Positions 51,385 through 61,193 of a stretch of DNA of 64,000 bases are shown here, one piece after another; the stretch's first letter is position 1, and the number at the start of each line of letters is the position of its first letter. The DNA lies in the NCBI GenBank assembly GCA_015068085.1, contig SVLF01000005.1, positions 3,684-67,683 of the forward strand, read 5' to 3'. A program made the position numbers and the translations under genes. The notes beneath the pieces are model-generated. The model was not told the origin of the DNA, did not search any database, and saw nothing but the letters and a program-made list of their open reading frames with translations. The DNA is from Oscillospiraceae bacterium (GTDB lineage Bacteria > Bacillota > Clostridia > Oscillospirales > JAAYXM01).

Positions 51385-53691
51385 ATGCAGATAAAAATGG
51401 CAATAACTTATGAAAGAAAAAAGCAAAAGCACAGTAACATTTTATACACAATTATCACTGCGATTTTAATATGTGCGGTTTTTTTGGCTATGGTTACGTC
51501 TTTTTACACTAAGGCTGAGGGTGATGCATATGAAATGCTTCATATCCAGACGAAACAGATAAAAGACGATTTGACCTTGCAGTTAAAATCAGACAGAGAA
51601 AATCTTGTTACTATGGCAAGCTTTGCAGCAAAGCTTTACTCAGACGGTGAAAGCTACAATATCATGTTTGAATCGTTTAAACCGATTGGTTTGCTTTCTA
51701 ATATCGGTATATTAAATCCCGATAACACCTTTGTTACAAAAATGGGCACGATTAATCTGAATGGCAAAATTTCTTTTGCGGAGGAAGCAGAGCGCGGAGA
51801 ATACATAAGCGGAAGAATTCCAGACCTTACAGGTGACGGCAAAGAACTTATAAGAAGCGCAGTTCCGATTAAGGTAAATGGAAAAACGATTGGCATTTTA
51901 TACGGCGTAATTCCTCTCGACACCATAGGCGAAAAGTATAACAATATGGCAAAAAAGCTGAATGCCCAGCTTTTCGTTTATGATAAAGAAACAGGAAAAT
52001 TTGTTATAGACACGCTGGATAAGAATCCGGGTGAGCTGTCGAATTTTAAGGACAGAGAATATAATAACGGATATTCTTATGAAGAGTTAGCTAATAACGA
52101 AAAGGGCTATTCCTCGTTCAAGTCGATACTCACAGGGGAGGATTTGTATATTCACTATTCCACTCTTGAGGATTTTGACTGGGGGCTTATGCTTGCGCGT
52201 TATGAAAATCAGGTGTTTGAGGAAACGCATAAAATATCCCGCAAACTGCTTATCATTTTTACCCTGATCATTCTGATTATATTAATTTATCTTGAGTTGA
52301 TATTAAAGAGCGAAAAGGGAAGAGCAAAATTAAATTCCGAGTCTTCAACCATCAGACATCTTCTTTTGGAAATAAACCAACAGCACGAAAATATAAATTC
52401 GGCTTTAAAGCGAATAAAAGAGTTTTCGAGTGCACGTTCCTGCTTTTTTGCGGATACCGACGGAGAAGATCATTACTATATCAGACCTTCTTTAAAAGAA
52501 AAACGTTTGTTGGGAGACGAAAGAAAATATTTTATCGGTGAGCTTTTCAGGTATGCCGCGAAAATCCATACCGGCGATTCTTCTACAGGCTTTATGCGAA
52601 TTATTCCGAACGGACATCTTTTGCAAACGAATCCGGAATTATATCACTTTTTGTTAAATAACAGCATTAAAGATGTATCTTTTGCTATTATAACCGACAA
52701 GAATAACCACGTCAGCATTCTTGGCACAATCAATTCGAGGAGAAGCTCAGATATCAGAAAGCTTATTGAAGATGTTGTAATTTGCTTTTCAATCGCTATA
52801 TACAACAAAAAACATCTTAACAGAACGGAGCTTGCCGCAACAACGGATTCTCTTACCGGAGCTTTAAACCGTGTTGCATACAAAAAGGATATTCTGATGT
52901 TTGATAAAGAAAAACCGGAAGAATTTTCCTGCATTTATATTGATGTTAATGAGCTTCACATCAGAAACAACAAGTACGGGCACGCCGCGGGCGATGAGAT
53001 GCTTATTTATATTGCCAATTCGTTAAAAGAAGTGTTCTTCGGACATAGCATTTACCGTATGGGCGGCGATGAGTTCTTAGTATTCACAAAGAAAATCTCA
53101 CAGAACGATGTCAAGCAGAATATAGAGACATTTATTGAGCAATTAAAGCCTATGGGTTACAATGTGGCTATCGGTATGTCTTACAGAATGCAGAACACAA
53201 ACTGCGAGGAAATGGTAAGAGATGCTGAAATAAGAATGTATGAAGCAAAGGCTCAGTATTATCAGAACAAAGAGCAGATAAGCATTTCTGAGGACAAAGA
53301 CAAAAATTATGTTTACACGAAAACAGGAATAAGAGAAATTGATACTATGATATCCGTTATGAAAGAGCATTACAACGGCATATACAGAGTGTCGCTTGAA
53401 AGTGACAATGCTCACAGAATTCTTATGCCTGCTTATCTCGGTTACAAGGAGGATGAAGAAAACTTCTCAAAGTTGCTCTCAAAATACATTCACGATATTG
53501 TTCATCCTGATTTTAACAGAGCTGTTATGAGCTTTTTGAATTATGATGCAATAAAAAGGCAGATTTCGGAAGGTAAAACACCGTCAATTACATACAAAAA
53601 GACAAATGGCGAAACGGTTACGCTCAGCGTATACAACCTGACCAACGATAAAGATAATGTAAAAGATACTCTTTGGGTTTTTGCCAAATAA
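51385..53691 (+). CDS. membrane sensor diguanylate cyclase (extracytoplasmic Cache-like domain, TM, GGDEF, extra C-terminal domain)
   Basis: GGDEF at nt 53062-53076 (RMGGDEFLVF). TM segments at ILYTIITAILICAVFLAMV and LLIIFTLIILIILIYLELIL. About 150 aa follow the cyclase domain. Start uncertain (51367/51385/51397). Confidence 0.8.
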   Translation: MQIKMAITYERKKQKHSNILYTIITAILICAVFLAMVTSFYTKAEGDAYEMLHIQTKQIKDDLTLQLKSDRENLVTMASFAAKLYSDGESYNIMFESFKPIGLLSNIGILNPDNTFVTKMGTINLNGKISFAEEAERGEYISGRIPDLTGDGKELIRSAVPIKVNGKTIGILYGVIPLDTIGEKYNNMAKKLNAQLFVYDKETGKFVIDTLDKNPGELSNFKDREYNNGYSYEELANNEKGYSSFKSILTGEDLYIHYSTLEDFDWGLMLARYENQVFEETHKISRKLLIIFTLIILIILIYLELILKSEKGRAKLNSESSTIRHLLLEINQQHENINSALKRIKEFSSARSCFFADTDGEDHYYIRPSLKEKRLLGDERKYFIGELFRYAAKIHTGDSSTGFMRIIPNGHLLQTNPELYHFLLNNSIKDVSFAIITDKNNHVSILGTINSRRSSDIRKLIEDVVICFSIAIYNKKHLNRTELAATTDSLTGALNRVAYKKDILMFDKEKPEEFSCIYIDVNELHIRNNKYGHAAGDEMLIYIANSLKEVFFGHSIYRMGGDEFLVFTKKISQNDVKQNIETFIEQLKPMGYNVAIGMSYRMQNTNCEEMVRDAEIRMYEAKAQYYQNKEQISISEDKDKNYVYTKTGIREIDTMISVMKEHYNGIYRVSLESDNAHRILMPAYLGYKEDEENFSKLLSKYIHDIVHPDFNRAVMSFLNYDAIKRQISEGKTPSITYKKTNGETVTLSVYNLTNDKDNVKDTLWVFAK

Positions 53692-53722
53692 TAAAGTCGA
53701 TAGCAAACGGAGGAATCATGAA

Positions 53723-54103
53723 TTGACACTGCAAGTAATCAGGTTCGCAATTGTGGGAGCAATTTCCGCTTTTGTGGATGTGGGAGTTCTTGTTGCATTA
53801 AAAGAGCTTTTGTGCGTGGATGTCCTTATTTCTTCCGCAATCTCTTTTTGCGTTTCCGTCACGGTAAACTATTTTTTGAGTATGACCTTTGTTTTTAAAG
53901 GTAAAAATCAAAGTAAGCTTTATGAATTTATAATTTTCGTATTGCTCAGTCTTGGAGGACTGATGTTAAATCAGTTGATTTTGTGGATTGGTGTTAAATT
54001 TACGTCCGTATATTACCTTGCAGTGAAATTTTTTGCCATGGTAATTGTGCCGTTTTATAACTTCATAACAAGAAAAATGTTTCTTGAGTCAAAGAGAAAA
54101 TGA
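53723..54103 (+). CDS. GtrA-family membrane protein
   Basis: RFAIVGAISAFVDVGVL... and 4 TM segments, typical of GtrA. TTG 53723 lies 8 nt after GGAGGA. Confidence 0.75.
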   Translation: MTLQVIRFAIVGAISAFVDVGVLVALKELLCVDVLISSAISFCVSVTVNYFLSMTFVFKGKNQSKLYEFIIFVLLSLGGLMLNQLILWIGVKFTSVYYLAVKFFAMVIVPFYNFITRKMFLESKRK

Positions 54104-54115
54104 GTGTGAAACGTT

Positions 54116-54658
54116 ATGAACAATGTTTTCAAAAAAGATTTATACAGATATTACGGCGAAAACAGAGCTCCGCTTTTGAAAAAGATATTCGCGCCGCTTG
54201 AATTAAAATACATATCTGTGTTCAGAAAAGCAAATATGTGCAAAGTTTTGCCTCTGAAGATTTTTTATATGTTAAGGCTTATGTATTTGTCGCATAGGAC
54301 ACATATTCAGATTCCGGCACGAACGCGCATCGGAGAAGGCTTCTATATCGGACATCTCGGCCGTGTTGTAATTCACCCCGATGCAGTTTTAGGTAAAAAT
54401 ATAAACGTTGGCACAGGTGTTACAATAGGTATGGAAAATCGCGGAAAAAGAAAAGGTGCGCCGCAAATCGGTGATAATTGCTGGATTGGAACAAATGCCG
54501 TTGTAGTTGGAAATGTTAAAATCGGCAGTGACGTTCTTATCGCGCCGCTATGCTATGTCAATTTCGATGTTCCGGACCACAGTGTTGTCATAGGAAACCC
54601 CGGAAAAATAATTTCCAAAGAAAATGCAACTGCAGATTACGTCTGTAACCGCGTATAA
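54116..54658 (+). CDS. hexapeptide-repeat O-acetyltransferase (serine acetyltransferase/WcaB-like)
   Basis: Left-handed beta-helix repeats (IGEGFYIGH..., VGTGVTIG, IGTNAVVVGNVKIGSDVLI). Confidence 0.75.
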   Translation: MNNVFKKDLYRYYGENRAPLLKKIFAPLELKYISVFRKANMCKVLPLKIFYMLRLMYLSHRTHIQIPARTRIGEGFYIGHLGRVVIHPDAVLGKNINVGTGVTIGMENRGKRKGAPQIGDNCWIGTNAVVVGNVKIGSDVLIAPLCYVNFDVPDHSVVIGNPGKIISKENATADYVCNRV

Positions 54659-54698
54659 AATCCGGATTGAGTTTGTTTCAGGGTAGGGAGGTGCCAAG

Positions 54699-56213
54699 GT
54701 GGAAGAAAAAGACTCCAGAATTAAAAACAATCTGGTATCGTCGCTTGTGTATCAGGTTGTGCTTATAACACTCAGCTTTCTTTTGCCGAGATTGTACCTT
54801 GAGAATTTTGGCTCAGAGGTCAATGGAGTTCTTTCTACGATCAAGCAGATTTTTACATATATGTGCCTTCTTGAGGCTGGCGTGGGGCTTGCCACAACTC
54901 AGGCATTGTATAAGAAAATCGGCGAAAAGGATTACGAGAGTGCAAGCTCGGTTCTTTCGGCGACCAACGTTTATTACATTAAAACCGGAATAGTATACCT
55001 CCTTATTGTTTTTGTCATTGCGGCAGTGTATTCTTGCGCAGTATCGACATCAATAAACAGTGCTGTGCTGTTTTTTATCATTATATTGAATGCAATTCCG
55101 AGCCTGTTCAGTTATTTTGTTCAGGCAAAATACAGAATCCTTATGGAGGTGGATGGCAGAAGGTATGTAATTAACAATGCTGAAACAGTGCTTCAACTTG
55201 CTTCAAACGCAGGGAAAATACTTGTTCTGCTCCTTACTGACAGCCTCGTTCTTATCCAATTGGTTTATTGCATAATTGCTCTTTTGCAGCTTGGCTTTTT
55301 GTATATATACGCAAAGCGCAGATATATATGGCTTGATTTAAAGGCAAAGCCGGATTTTGATGCTATCTCTCAGAAAAATTCTGTTTTGGTGCATCAGCTT
55401 TCGGGAATGGTGTTCAACAACACCGATGTGATACTCATTTCTCTCCTTTGTGATTTTAAGGCAGTAAGTATCTATGCCATATACAATATCTTCTTTTCGC
55501 AGGTGCAGAATTTCATAACGAATGTTGTTTCGTCATTCACTTTTGCTTTGGGACAGATGTTTAATACAGACAGAGAAAAGTTTGACAAGCTGTTTAATGC
55601 ATATGAAACCTTTTATGTAATGATAACCTGCGTGATTTACACGCTCATGGCGGTGTTTTTGCTGCCTTTGATACAGATATATACAAGCGGAATAAATGAT
55701 GCAGAGTATACAAATACATTTCTGTTGTTGCTGTTTGCAATAATGAATTTGCTTGCGTGCGGCAAGCTTCCTGCAACAGGTATCATTGAATATTCAGGAG
55801 CTTTTGGAAAAACCCGTTCTCATGCAATACTGGAAATGGTTATTAATATAACAGTTTCAGTTGTGGCAATTGCATATATGGGAATATGCGGAGCAATTCT
55901 CGGAACAATTGCAGCGCTTGTATATCGCGGGATAGTAACGATTTATTATTCAAACAGGAAAATTCTGAAAAGAAAACAAAGCTGTACATACAAAATCCTG
56001 ATTTCAAACTGGGCAGTTTTCGCTTTGGTTATGGCGGTGCTTTTTGTTGATACATTCAGCAATATGTCTTTTCTGCGGCTTTTGCTGAATGGAATAATCC
56101 ATTCAATATGGATTGCCGGGGTATACTTGCTTGTCAATTTTGCATTTAACAGGTCTGCGTTTAAAACGCTTTTTGAATTGTATAAGGGGAAAAGGTCATA
56201 TGAGCATTCCTAA
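54699..56213 (+). CDS. oligosaccharide flippase (Wzx / MOP family)
   Basis: About 12-14 TM segments. GTG start after GGGAGG. Sits in the polysaccharide cluster. Confidence 0.7.
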   Translation: MEEKDSRIKNNLVSSLVYQVVLITLSFLLPRLYLENFGSEVNGVLSTIKQIFTYMCLLEAGVGLATTQALYKKIGEKDYESASSVLSATNVYYIKTGIVYLLIVFVIAAVYSCAVSTSINSAVLFFIIILNAIPSLFSYFVQAKYRILMEVDGRRYVINNAETVLQLASNAGKILVLLLTDSLVLIQLVYCIIALLQLGFLYIYAKRRYIWLDLKAKPDFDAISQKNSVLVHQLSGMVFNNTDVILISLLCDFKAVSIYAIYNIFFSQVQNFITNVVSSFTFALGQMFNTDREKFDKLFNAYETFYVMITCVIYTLMAVFLLPLIQIYTSGINDAEYTNTFLLLLFAIMNLLACGKLPATGIIEYSGAFGKTRSHAILEMVINITVSVVAIAYMGICGAILGTIAALVYRGIVTIYYSNRKILKRKQSCTYKILISNWAVFALVMAVLFVDTFSNMSFLRLLLNGIIHSIWIAGVYLLVNFAFNRSAFKTLFELYKGKRSYEHS

Positions 56214-56934
56214 AGTGATTTATTATTGCTGGTTTGGAAAGGGAAAACTTCCGAAACTTGCACAAAAATGTATAAAAAGCTGGAAAAAATACTGTCCCGA
56301 TTACAGAATAGTCTGCATAAATGAAGAGAATTTTGATGTGAGTCAGAACAGATATGCCGCGGAGGCATATAAAGCCGGTAAGTGGGCGTTTGTCAGCGAT
56401 TATGCACGGCTTTGTGTGATTTATGACAATGGCGGAATTTATCTGGATACAGACGTTGAGCTTATAAAGCCTCTTGATAAGCTTGTTGAAGGAAGCGGAT
56501 ATATGGGCTTTGACGATAACGGAATAATTTCAACAGGACTCGGCTTTGCATGCGAAAAGGGAAGTGAATTAATTGCCGCGTTGCTTGCGGATTATGAAGG
56601 AATCCCTTTTATTCTTCCTGACGGCACATATGACATCACCCCCTGTCCTGAGAGAAACACAGAAACTTTGATAAAGCTCGGAATGGACATTGCCGATAAA
56701 GATCAGGTGTTTATGGGAATGCGGATGCTGCCTGAAGATTATCTATGTCCGATGAAATATTACAGCGGAAGAAAAATAATAACCGAAAACACGTATTCAA
56801 TACATCATTTTTGTGCATCGTGGATATCTCCGACAGCAAAGAGAACGCTGTTTGTAAAACGGATTGTCGGTGTAAAGCTGTATGATAAGCTGTACGGAAA
56901 ATTTTTGCATAAATTCAAGTGGTTGGAGTGGTAA
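56200..56934 (+). CDS. DXD-motif glycosyltransferase (GT32-like)
   Basis: IYYCWFGKGKLP N-terminus and DTDVE motif. ATG 56200 after AAGGGGAAAAGG. Confidence 0.7.
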   Translation: MSIPKVIYYCWFGKGKLPKLAQKCIKSWKKYCPDYRIVCINEENFDVSQNRYAAEAYKAGKWAFVSDYARLCVIYDNGGIYLDTDVELIKPLDKLVEGSGYMGFDDNGIISTGLGFACEKGSELIAALLADYEGIPFILPDGTYDITPCPERNTETLIKLGMDIADKDQVFMGMRMLPEDYLCPMKYYSGRKIITENTYSIHHFCASWISPTAKRTLFVKRIVGVKLYDKLYGKFLHKFKWLEW

Positions 56935-56936
56935 AC

Positions 56937-58487
56937 TTGCCTGAGAGAGCATTGAAAAAACTTAATGCATATATTTTGCCTGAGTGGAAGGTCTGTTTTT
57001 TTGCGGCTCTCGTAGTTGGCATACTTTCTCATCTGTATAAAATAACAAACTGGCTTCCTAATTGGGATTCGCTTGTGTTCAGATACGATTCGCAGAATAT
57101 GATTGGTCTCGGACGGTGGTTTTTGCCCGTTGTCTGTTCGTTCAGTTCGTTTTATGATTTACCGTTTTTAAACGGTATTGTGGCAATTCTGTTTCATGCA
57201 CTCGGCGCTGTTTGTATCTGCAGAATACTCAATGTCCGAAAAAAAATTACCGCATTTCTAATAGGAGCAGTAATTGTTTCGTTTCCTGCGGTTACATCTG
57301 TTATGATGTACAACTACGTTGCAGACGGCTACAGTATAGCGTTTTTTCTTTCAACGCTCGCGGCGCTGCATATGACTAAAGGAAAGACCGGATATATTAT
57401 CTCAGCTGTGCTTATCGCGTTGTCAGCGGGTATTTATCAGGCGTATATTACCGTTACAATAATGCTTGTTTTATTCTGGCTGATTGATGAAATAATTTAT
57501 AATCACGAAGCTTTCGGGAATGTTCTGAAAAAAAGCCTGTGTATGCTGCTGTCCGGAATATCCGGTATGGTACTGTATGGCATTATTCTAAAAGTGATTC
57601 TTGGTGTTTCTTCTGCAGAGTTGCTTGATTATCAGGGAATAAATTCAACGGTATCTTTGGCAAATATAGACCTGCCCGGCTCGCTTTATGCAGTAAAAGA
57701 AACTTTTGTTAACTGCTTTTTTGATTTATCGGAAGGCGTAAATGTATATGTTGTTTTGAATGTTTTTATTTTGCTGTTCACACTTTCTCATTATGTTAAG
57801 TATATAGTGAGAAATGAAATTTACAGGAAAACCATTAATGTTTTTGCTGTTGCACTCTTAGCAGTCGCGCTTATATTCGGAGCCGGCGCGCTGGCATTTG
57901 CAAATCCGGAAATTGATTATCACAATCTTATGCTTATGGGTTATTCCGTCTTTTATATATTTTTCATTATCCTTTATGAGAGGGGAAACGATACAAACGA
58001 AAGACATACCTGCATCAAGTGCTGGATTGTGCTGATAGCATCGGCGGCAATAATCACAAATCAGGTTGTTATATCAAATGTGAGTTATCATAAGGCGCAA
58101 ATAGCCTATGAAAAGTCATACGGTGTTCTTATGCGTATAGCAGACCGCATAGAAAAAACGCCCGGTGCGGAAAATTGCGATAGGCTTCTTGTTATCGGGG
58201 CACTTGAAAACAGCGAAAGATACAGCGTTAACCTATCGCCGGACATTACCGGAATAACGGATGGATATATAATCCGCGCAGATGATGAAACGGTAGGTCA
58301 GAGCGTGCTCAGCAGCGCACTCCGCGACTATTGTGAAATGGATTACGAGATTGTGAGCGGAGAAGAAAAAAAGATGCTGGCACAGAATGAAAAGATTGAA
58401 GCTATGGGCGAATGGCCGGCAAAGGACTGTGTGGTAGCAGTGGATGGCACGATAGTGATAAAGCTTGGAACAGAAGGTGAGTGTTAA
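56937..58487 (+). CDS. polytopic membrane protein, GtrII-like glycosyltransferase or polymerase candidate
   Basis: More than 10 TM segments plus a soluble C-terminal domain. TTG 56937 after GGAGTGG. The family guess is weak. Confidence 0.45.
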   Translation: MPERALKKLNAYILPEWKVCFFAALVVGILSHLYKITNWLPNWDSLVFRYDSQNMIGLGRWFLPVVCSFSSFYDLPFLNGIVAILFHALGAVCICRILNVRKKITAFLIGAVIVSFPAVTSVMMYNYVADGYSIAFFLSTLAALHMTKGKTGYIISAVLIALSAGIYQAYITVTIMLVLFWLIDEIIYNHEAFGNVLKKSLCMLLSGISGMVLYGIILKVILGVSSAELLDYQGINSTVSLANIDLPGSLYAVKETFVNCFFDLSEGVNVYVVLNVFILLFTLSHYVKYIVRNEIYRKTINVFAVALLAVALIFGAGALAFANPEIDYHNLMLMGYSVFYIFFIILYERGNDTNERHTCIKCWIVLIASAAIITNQVVISNVSYHKAQIAYEKSYGVLMRIADRIEKTPGAENCDRLLVIGALENSERYSVNLSPDITGITDGYIIRADDETVGQSVLSSALRDYCEMDYEIVSGEEKKMLAQNEKIEAMGEWPAKDCVVAVDGTIVIKLGTEGEC

Positions 58488-59354
58488 GTGGTATATCTTT
58501 GTGCCGATGATTACGGATTGTGCAAAGAAATCTCCGAACACATACAGCGGTGTATTGACGCGGGGGCGCTTAATAAGGTCAGCGTTTTCCCGAATTTTGA
58601 CGCGGTGGATTTGCAGAAGATACGGAATAATAAAAACATCCGTATGTCCCTGCATCTCAACCTTGTCGAGGGGAAATGTATGTCAGAGGCTTATGAAATT
58701 CCCCTGCTTGCAGATGAGAAAGGGAATTTTAAGCAAACCTTTATCGGACTGCTGGTACATAGCTTAATCCATAGAAAAAAGTTTGAAGCGCAGGTGTGCA
58801 AGGAAATCAGGGCACAGGTTTTATTTTGGAAAAAGGCGATAGGAGAAGATGTTCCTTTTTGCATAGACAGCCATCAGCATACGCATATGATTCCTGCCGT
58901 GTTCAGGGCGTTGCTTAAGGTTCTCTGTGACGAAAAAATCAAACCGGAACACATAAGACTTCCCGCTGAACCGTTTTGGATATACATAAAAACACCGTCA
59001 CTATATTTCACATACAGTGTGGTTAATGTTATCAAACAATGGCTGCTGAGCTTCTTATGGCTGCTGAATAAAAATCAGGTAAAGAAACATAAAATACCGG
59101 TATCGCATTTTTTCGGGATTCTTTTTTCGGGAAAGATGGATGAAAAAAGAGTAAGCAAAATTCTGCCGAAGTACGTTAAAATGGCAGAAAAAGACGGACA
59201 GGATATAGAGGTTTTGTTCCATCCGGGATATATAGACAAAAACAAACTTGGGTTTAAAGAAAAAAATGTAGTGTTCGAAAAATTCTATATATCGGAAAAC
59301 AGAAAAACAGAATTTGATTCTGTTATGAAAATATCAGAAAGAAGTGTGCTGTAA
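58488..59354 (+). CDS. ChbG/HpnK (YdjC) family carbohydrate deacetylase
   Basis: LCADDYGL and DSHQHTHM motifs. Confidence 0.75.
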   Translation: MVYLCADDYGLCKEISEHIQRCIDAGALNKVSVFPNFDAVDLQKIRNNKNIRMSLHLNLVEGKCMSEAYEIPLLADEKGNFKQTFIGLLVHSLIHRKKFEAQVCKEIRAQVLFWKKAIGEDVPFCIDSHQHTHMIPAVFRALLKVLCDEKIKPEHIRLPAEPFWIYIKTPSLYFTYSVVNVIKQWLLSFLWLLNKNQVKKHKIPVSHFFGILFSGKMDEKRVSKILPKYVKMAEKDGQDIEVLFHPGYIDKNKLGFKEKNVVFEKFYISENRKTEFDSVMKISERSVL

Positions 59355-60034
59355 TGCCCTACATCGAACAGGATAAGGTGGATGCAAAGACAAGAGAAAA
59401 ACTTGAGGCAATTATTGAAAAATCATATGCCTCTTACTGGAGGAAAAAAAGACTTTTCGACATCTTTTTTGCAACGCTGATTTTGTTGTTTTTTCTGCCG
59501 CTTATGATAGTTATTTCTTTGATAATCGTAATTGACGACCCAAGCGCAGGCCCTTTTTTCAGGCAGATAAGAGTTGGGCGCCACGGGGAAGAGTTTTATA
59601 TGTATAAGTTTCGGACTATGCGGGCTAATGCTGATGAGATGATTGAGGAGCTGGCTAAACGTAACGAAATGGACGGACCGGTTTTCAAAATGAGAGAGGA
59701 TCCGCGAATAACGAGAGCGGGAAAGTTCCTGCGAAAAGTTTCTCTTGATGAGCTTATGCAGTTTTTCAATGTACTTAAGGGTGATATGACTCTTGTGGGT
59801 CCGAGACCTCCTCTTCCGAGAGAGGTTCAGTTCTATACGGATTATCAGAAGCTGCGTCTTCTTGTTACGCCCGGCATAACCTGCACGTGGCAGATTTCAA
59901 AAAACAGAAATGATATTCCGTTTGAACAGTGGGTTGAAATGGATATCGAATACATACAGACAAGAACATATCTCAATGATTTGAAAATAATGCTGAAAAC
60001 GCCGATAGTTATGCTTACAGCTACCGGCAGGTGA
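59354..60034 (+). CDS. undecaprenyl-phosphate sugar phosphotransferase (bacterial sugar transferase, priming enzyme)
   Basis: KRLFDI..., YKFRTM, GPVFK, DELPQ-like DELMQFFNVLKGDMTLVGPRP signature. Confidence 0.88.
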   Translation: MPYIEQDKVDAKTREKLEAIIEKSYASYWRKKRLFDIFFATLILLFFLPLMIVISLIIVIDDPSAGPFFRQIRVGRHGEEFYMYKFRTMRANADEMIEELAKRNEMDGPVFKMREDPRITRAGKFLRKVSLDELMQFFNVLKGDMTLVGPRPPLPREVQFYTDYQKLRLLVTPGITCTWQISKNRNDIPFEQWVEMDIEYIQTRTYLNDLKIMLKTPIVMLTATGR

Positions 60035-60055
60035 TTGGAATCCGGAGGGAAGAAA

Positions 60056-61180
60056 ATGAAAGTTGCTATGATTGGGCATAAGGTTGTTCCGTCGCGGCGC
60101 GGAGGAATAGAAAATGTGCTCACAACGCTGTGCCCGATATTGGTAGAGATGGGGCTTGATGTCACCTGTTACAACCGATCTTCAGATAAGGTTGAAAACG
60201 AATATGTGGGAACAGTTAAGAACGGGATGTATAAGGGCGTAAAAATCAAGAATGCATGGACACTGAACGTGCGTGGCTTTGCCGCAATGATAGCATCCTT
60301 CACTGCGGCGATAGCAGCTTCGTTTAAAAATTACGATGTTATCCATTTTCATGCGGAGGGACCGTGTGCCGCTTTGTGGATTCCGAAGCTTTTCGGCAAA
60401 AAATGCGTGGCAACGGTTCACGGCCTTGATTGGCAGAGAGAAAAATGGGGAAAAGGTTTTGCGTCTAAGTACATAAAATTCGGGGAAAAAATTCTTGCAA
60501 AATATGCAGATGAAGTTATTGTGTTAAGTCAGGCTGCGCGTGATTACTTCAAAGAAACGTATAACCGCGAAACCGTAATTGTTCACAATGGGATAAGCCG
60601 TCCGGAAAGACGCGACGCATGCATTATCACAGAAAAGTACGGACTATGCAAAGACGGATACATATGTCTTGTATCAAGGCTCACTGCAGAAAAGGGTGTT
60701 CACTATCTCATTGATGCATACAGCAGAGTCAGAACGGACAAAAAGCTTGTTATTGCAGGAGATACAAGCGATACGGATGATTATGTAAGGATGCTGAAGG
60801 AAAAGGCTGCGGGGAACCCTGATATCATTTTTACAGGTTTTATATCGGGTGATGAGCTTTCTGAAATATATTCAAATGCGTATATAGCGGTGCTGCCCTC
60901 TGACCTTGAAGGAATGTCGCTGTGTCTTTTGGAGTCTCTTGCATATAAGAACGCACTTTTGTGCTCGGATATTCCGGAGAACACGTCGGTCGCAGAGGAT
61001 AAGGCGGTTTACTTTCAAAAAGGAAATGTTAAGGATTTGGCAGAAAAGCTTCAGGTTTTGTGTGACGATAGACATCTTGTGGAAAACTTAAGAGATGGTG
61101 CGGATGAGTTTATTTTAAACAAATACAGCTGGCAGGATGCTGCGAAGGCGACCTGCAGACTTTATGAAAAATTAAAGTAA
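60056..61180 (+). CDS. GT4-family glycosyltransferase
   Basis: MKVAMIGHKVVPSRRGGIE N-terminus and an E-x7-E-like region (PSDLEGMSLCLLESLA). Confidence 0.85.
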   Translation: MKVAMIGHKVVPSRRGGIENVLTTLCPILVEMGLDVTCYNRSSDKVENEYVGTVKNGMYKGVKIKNAWTLNVRGFAAMIASFTAAIAASFKNYDVIHFHAEGPCAALWIPKLFGKKCVATVHGLDWQREKWGKGFASKYIKFGEKILAKYADEVIVLSQAARDYFKETYNRETVIVHNGISRPERRDACIITEKYGLCKDGYICLVSRLTAEKGVHYLIDAYSRVRTDKKLVIAGDTSDTDDYVRMLKEKAAGNPDIIFTGFISGDELSEIYSNAYIAVLPSDLEGMSLCLLESLAYKNALLCSDIPENTSVAEDKAVYFQKGNVKDLAEKLQVLCDDRHLVENLRDGADEFILNKYSWQDAAKATCRLYEKLK

Positions 61181-61193
61181 GGGTTTGTTAGAT

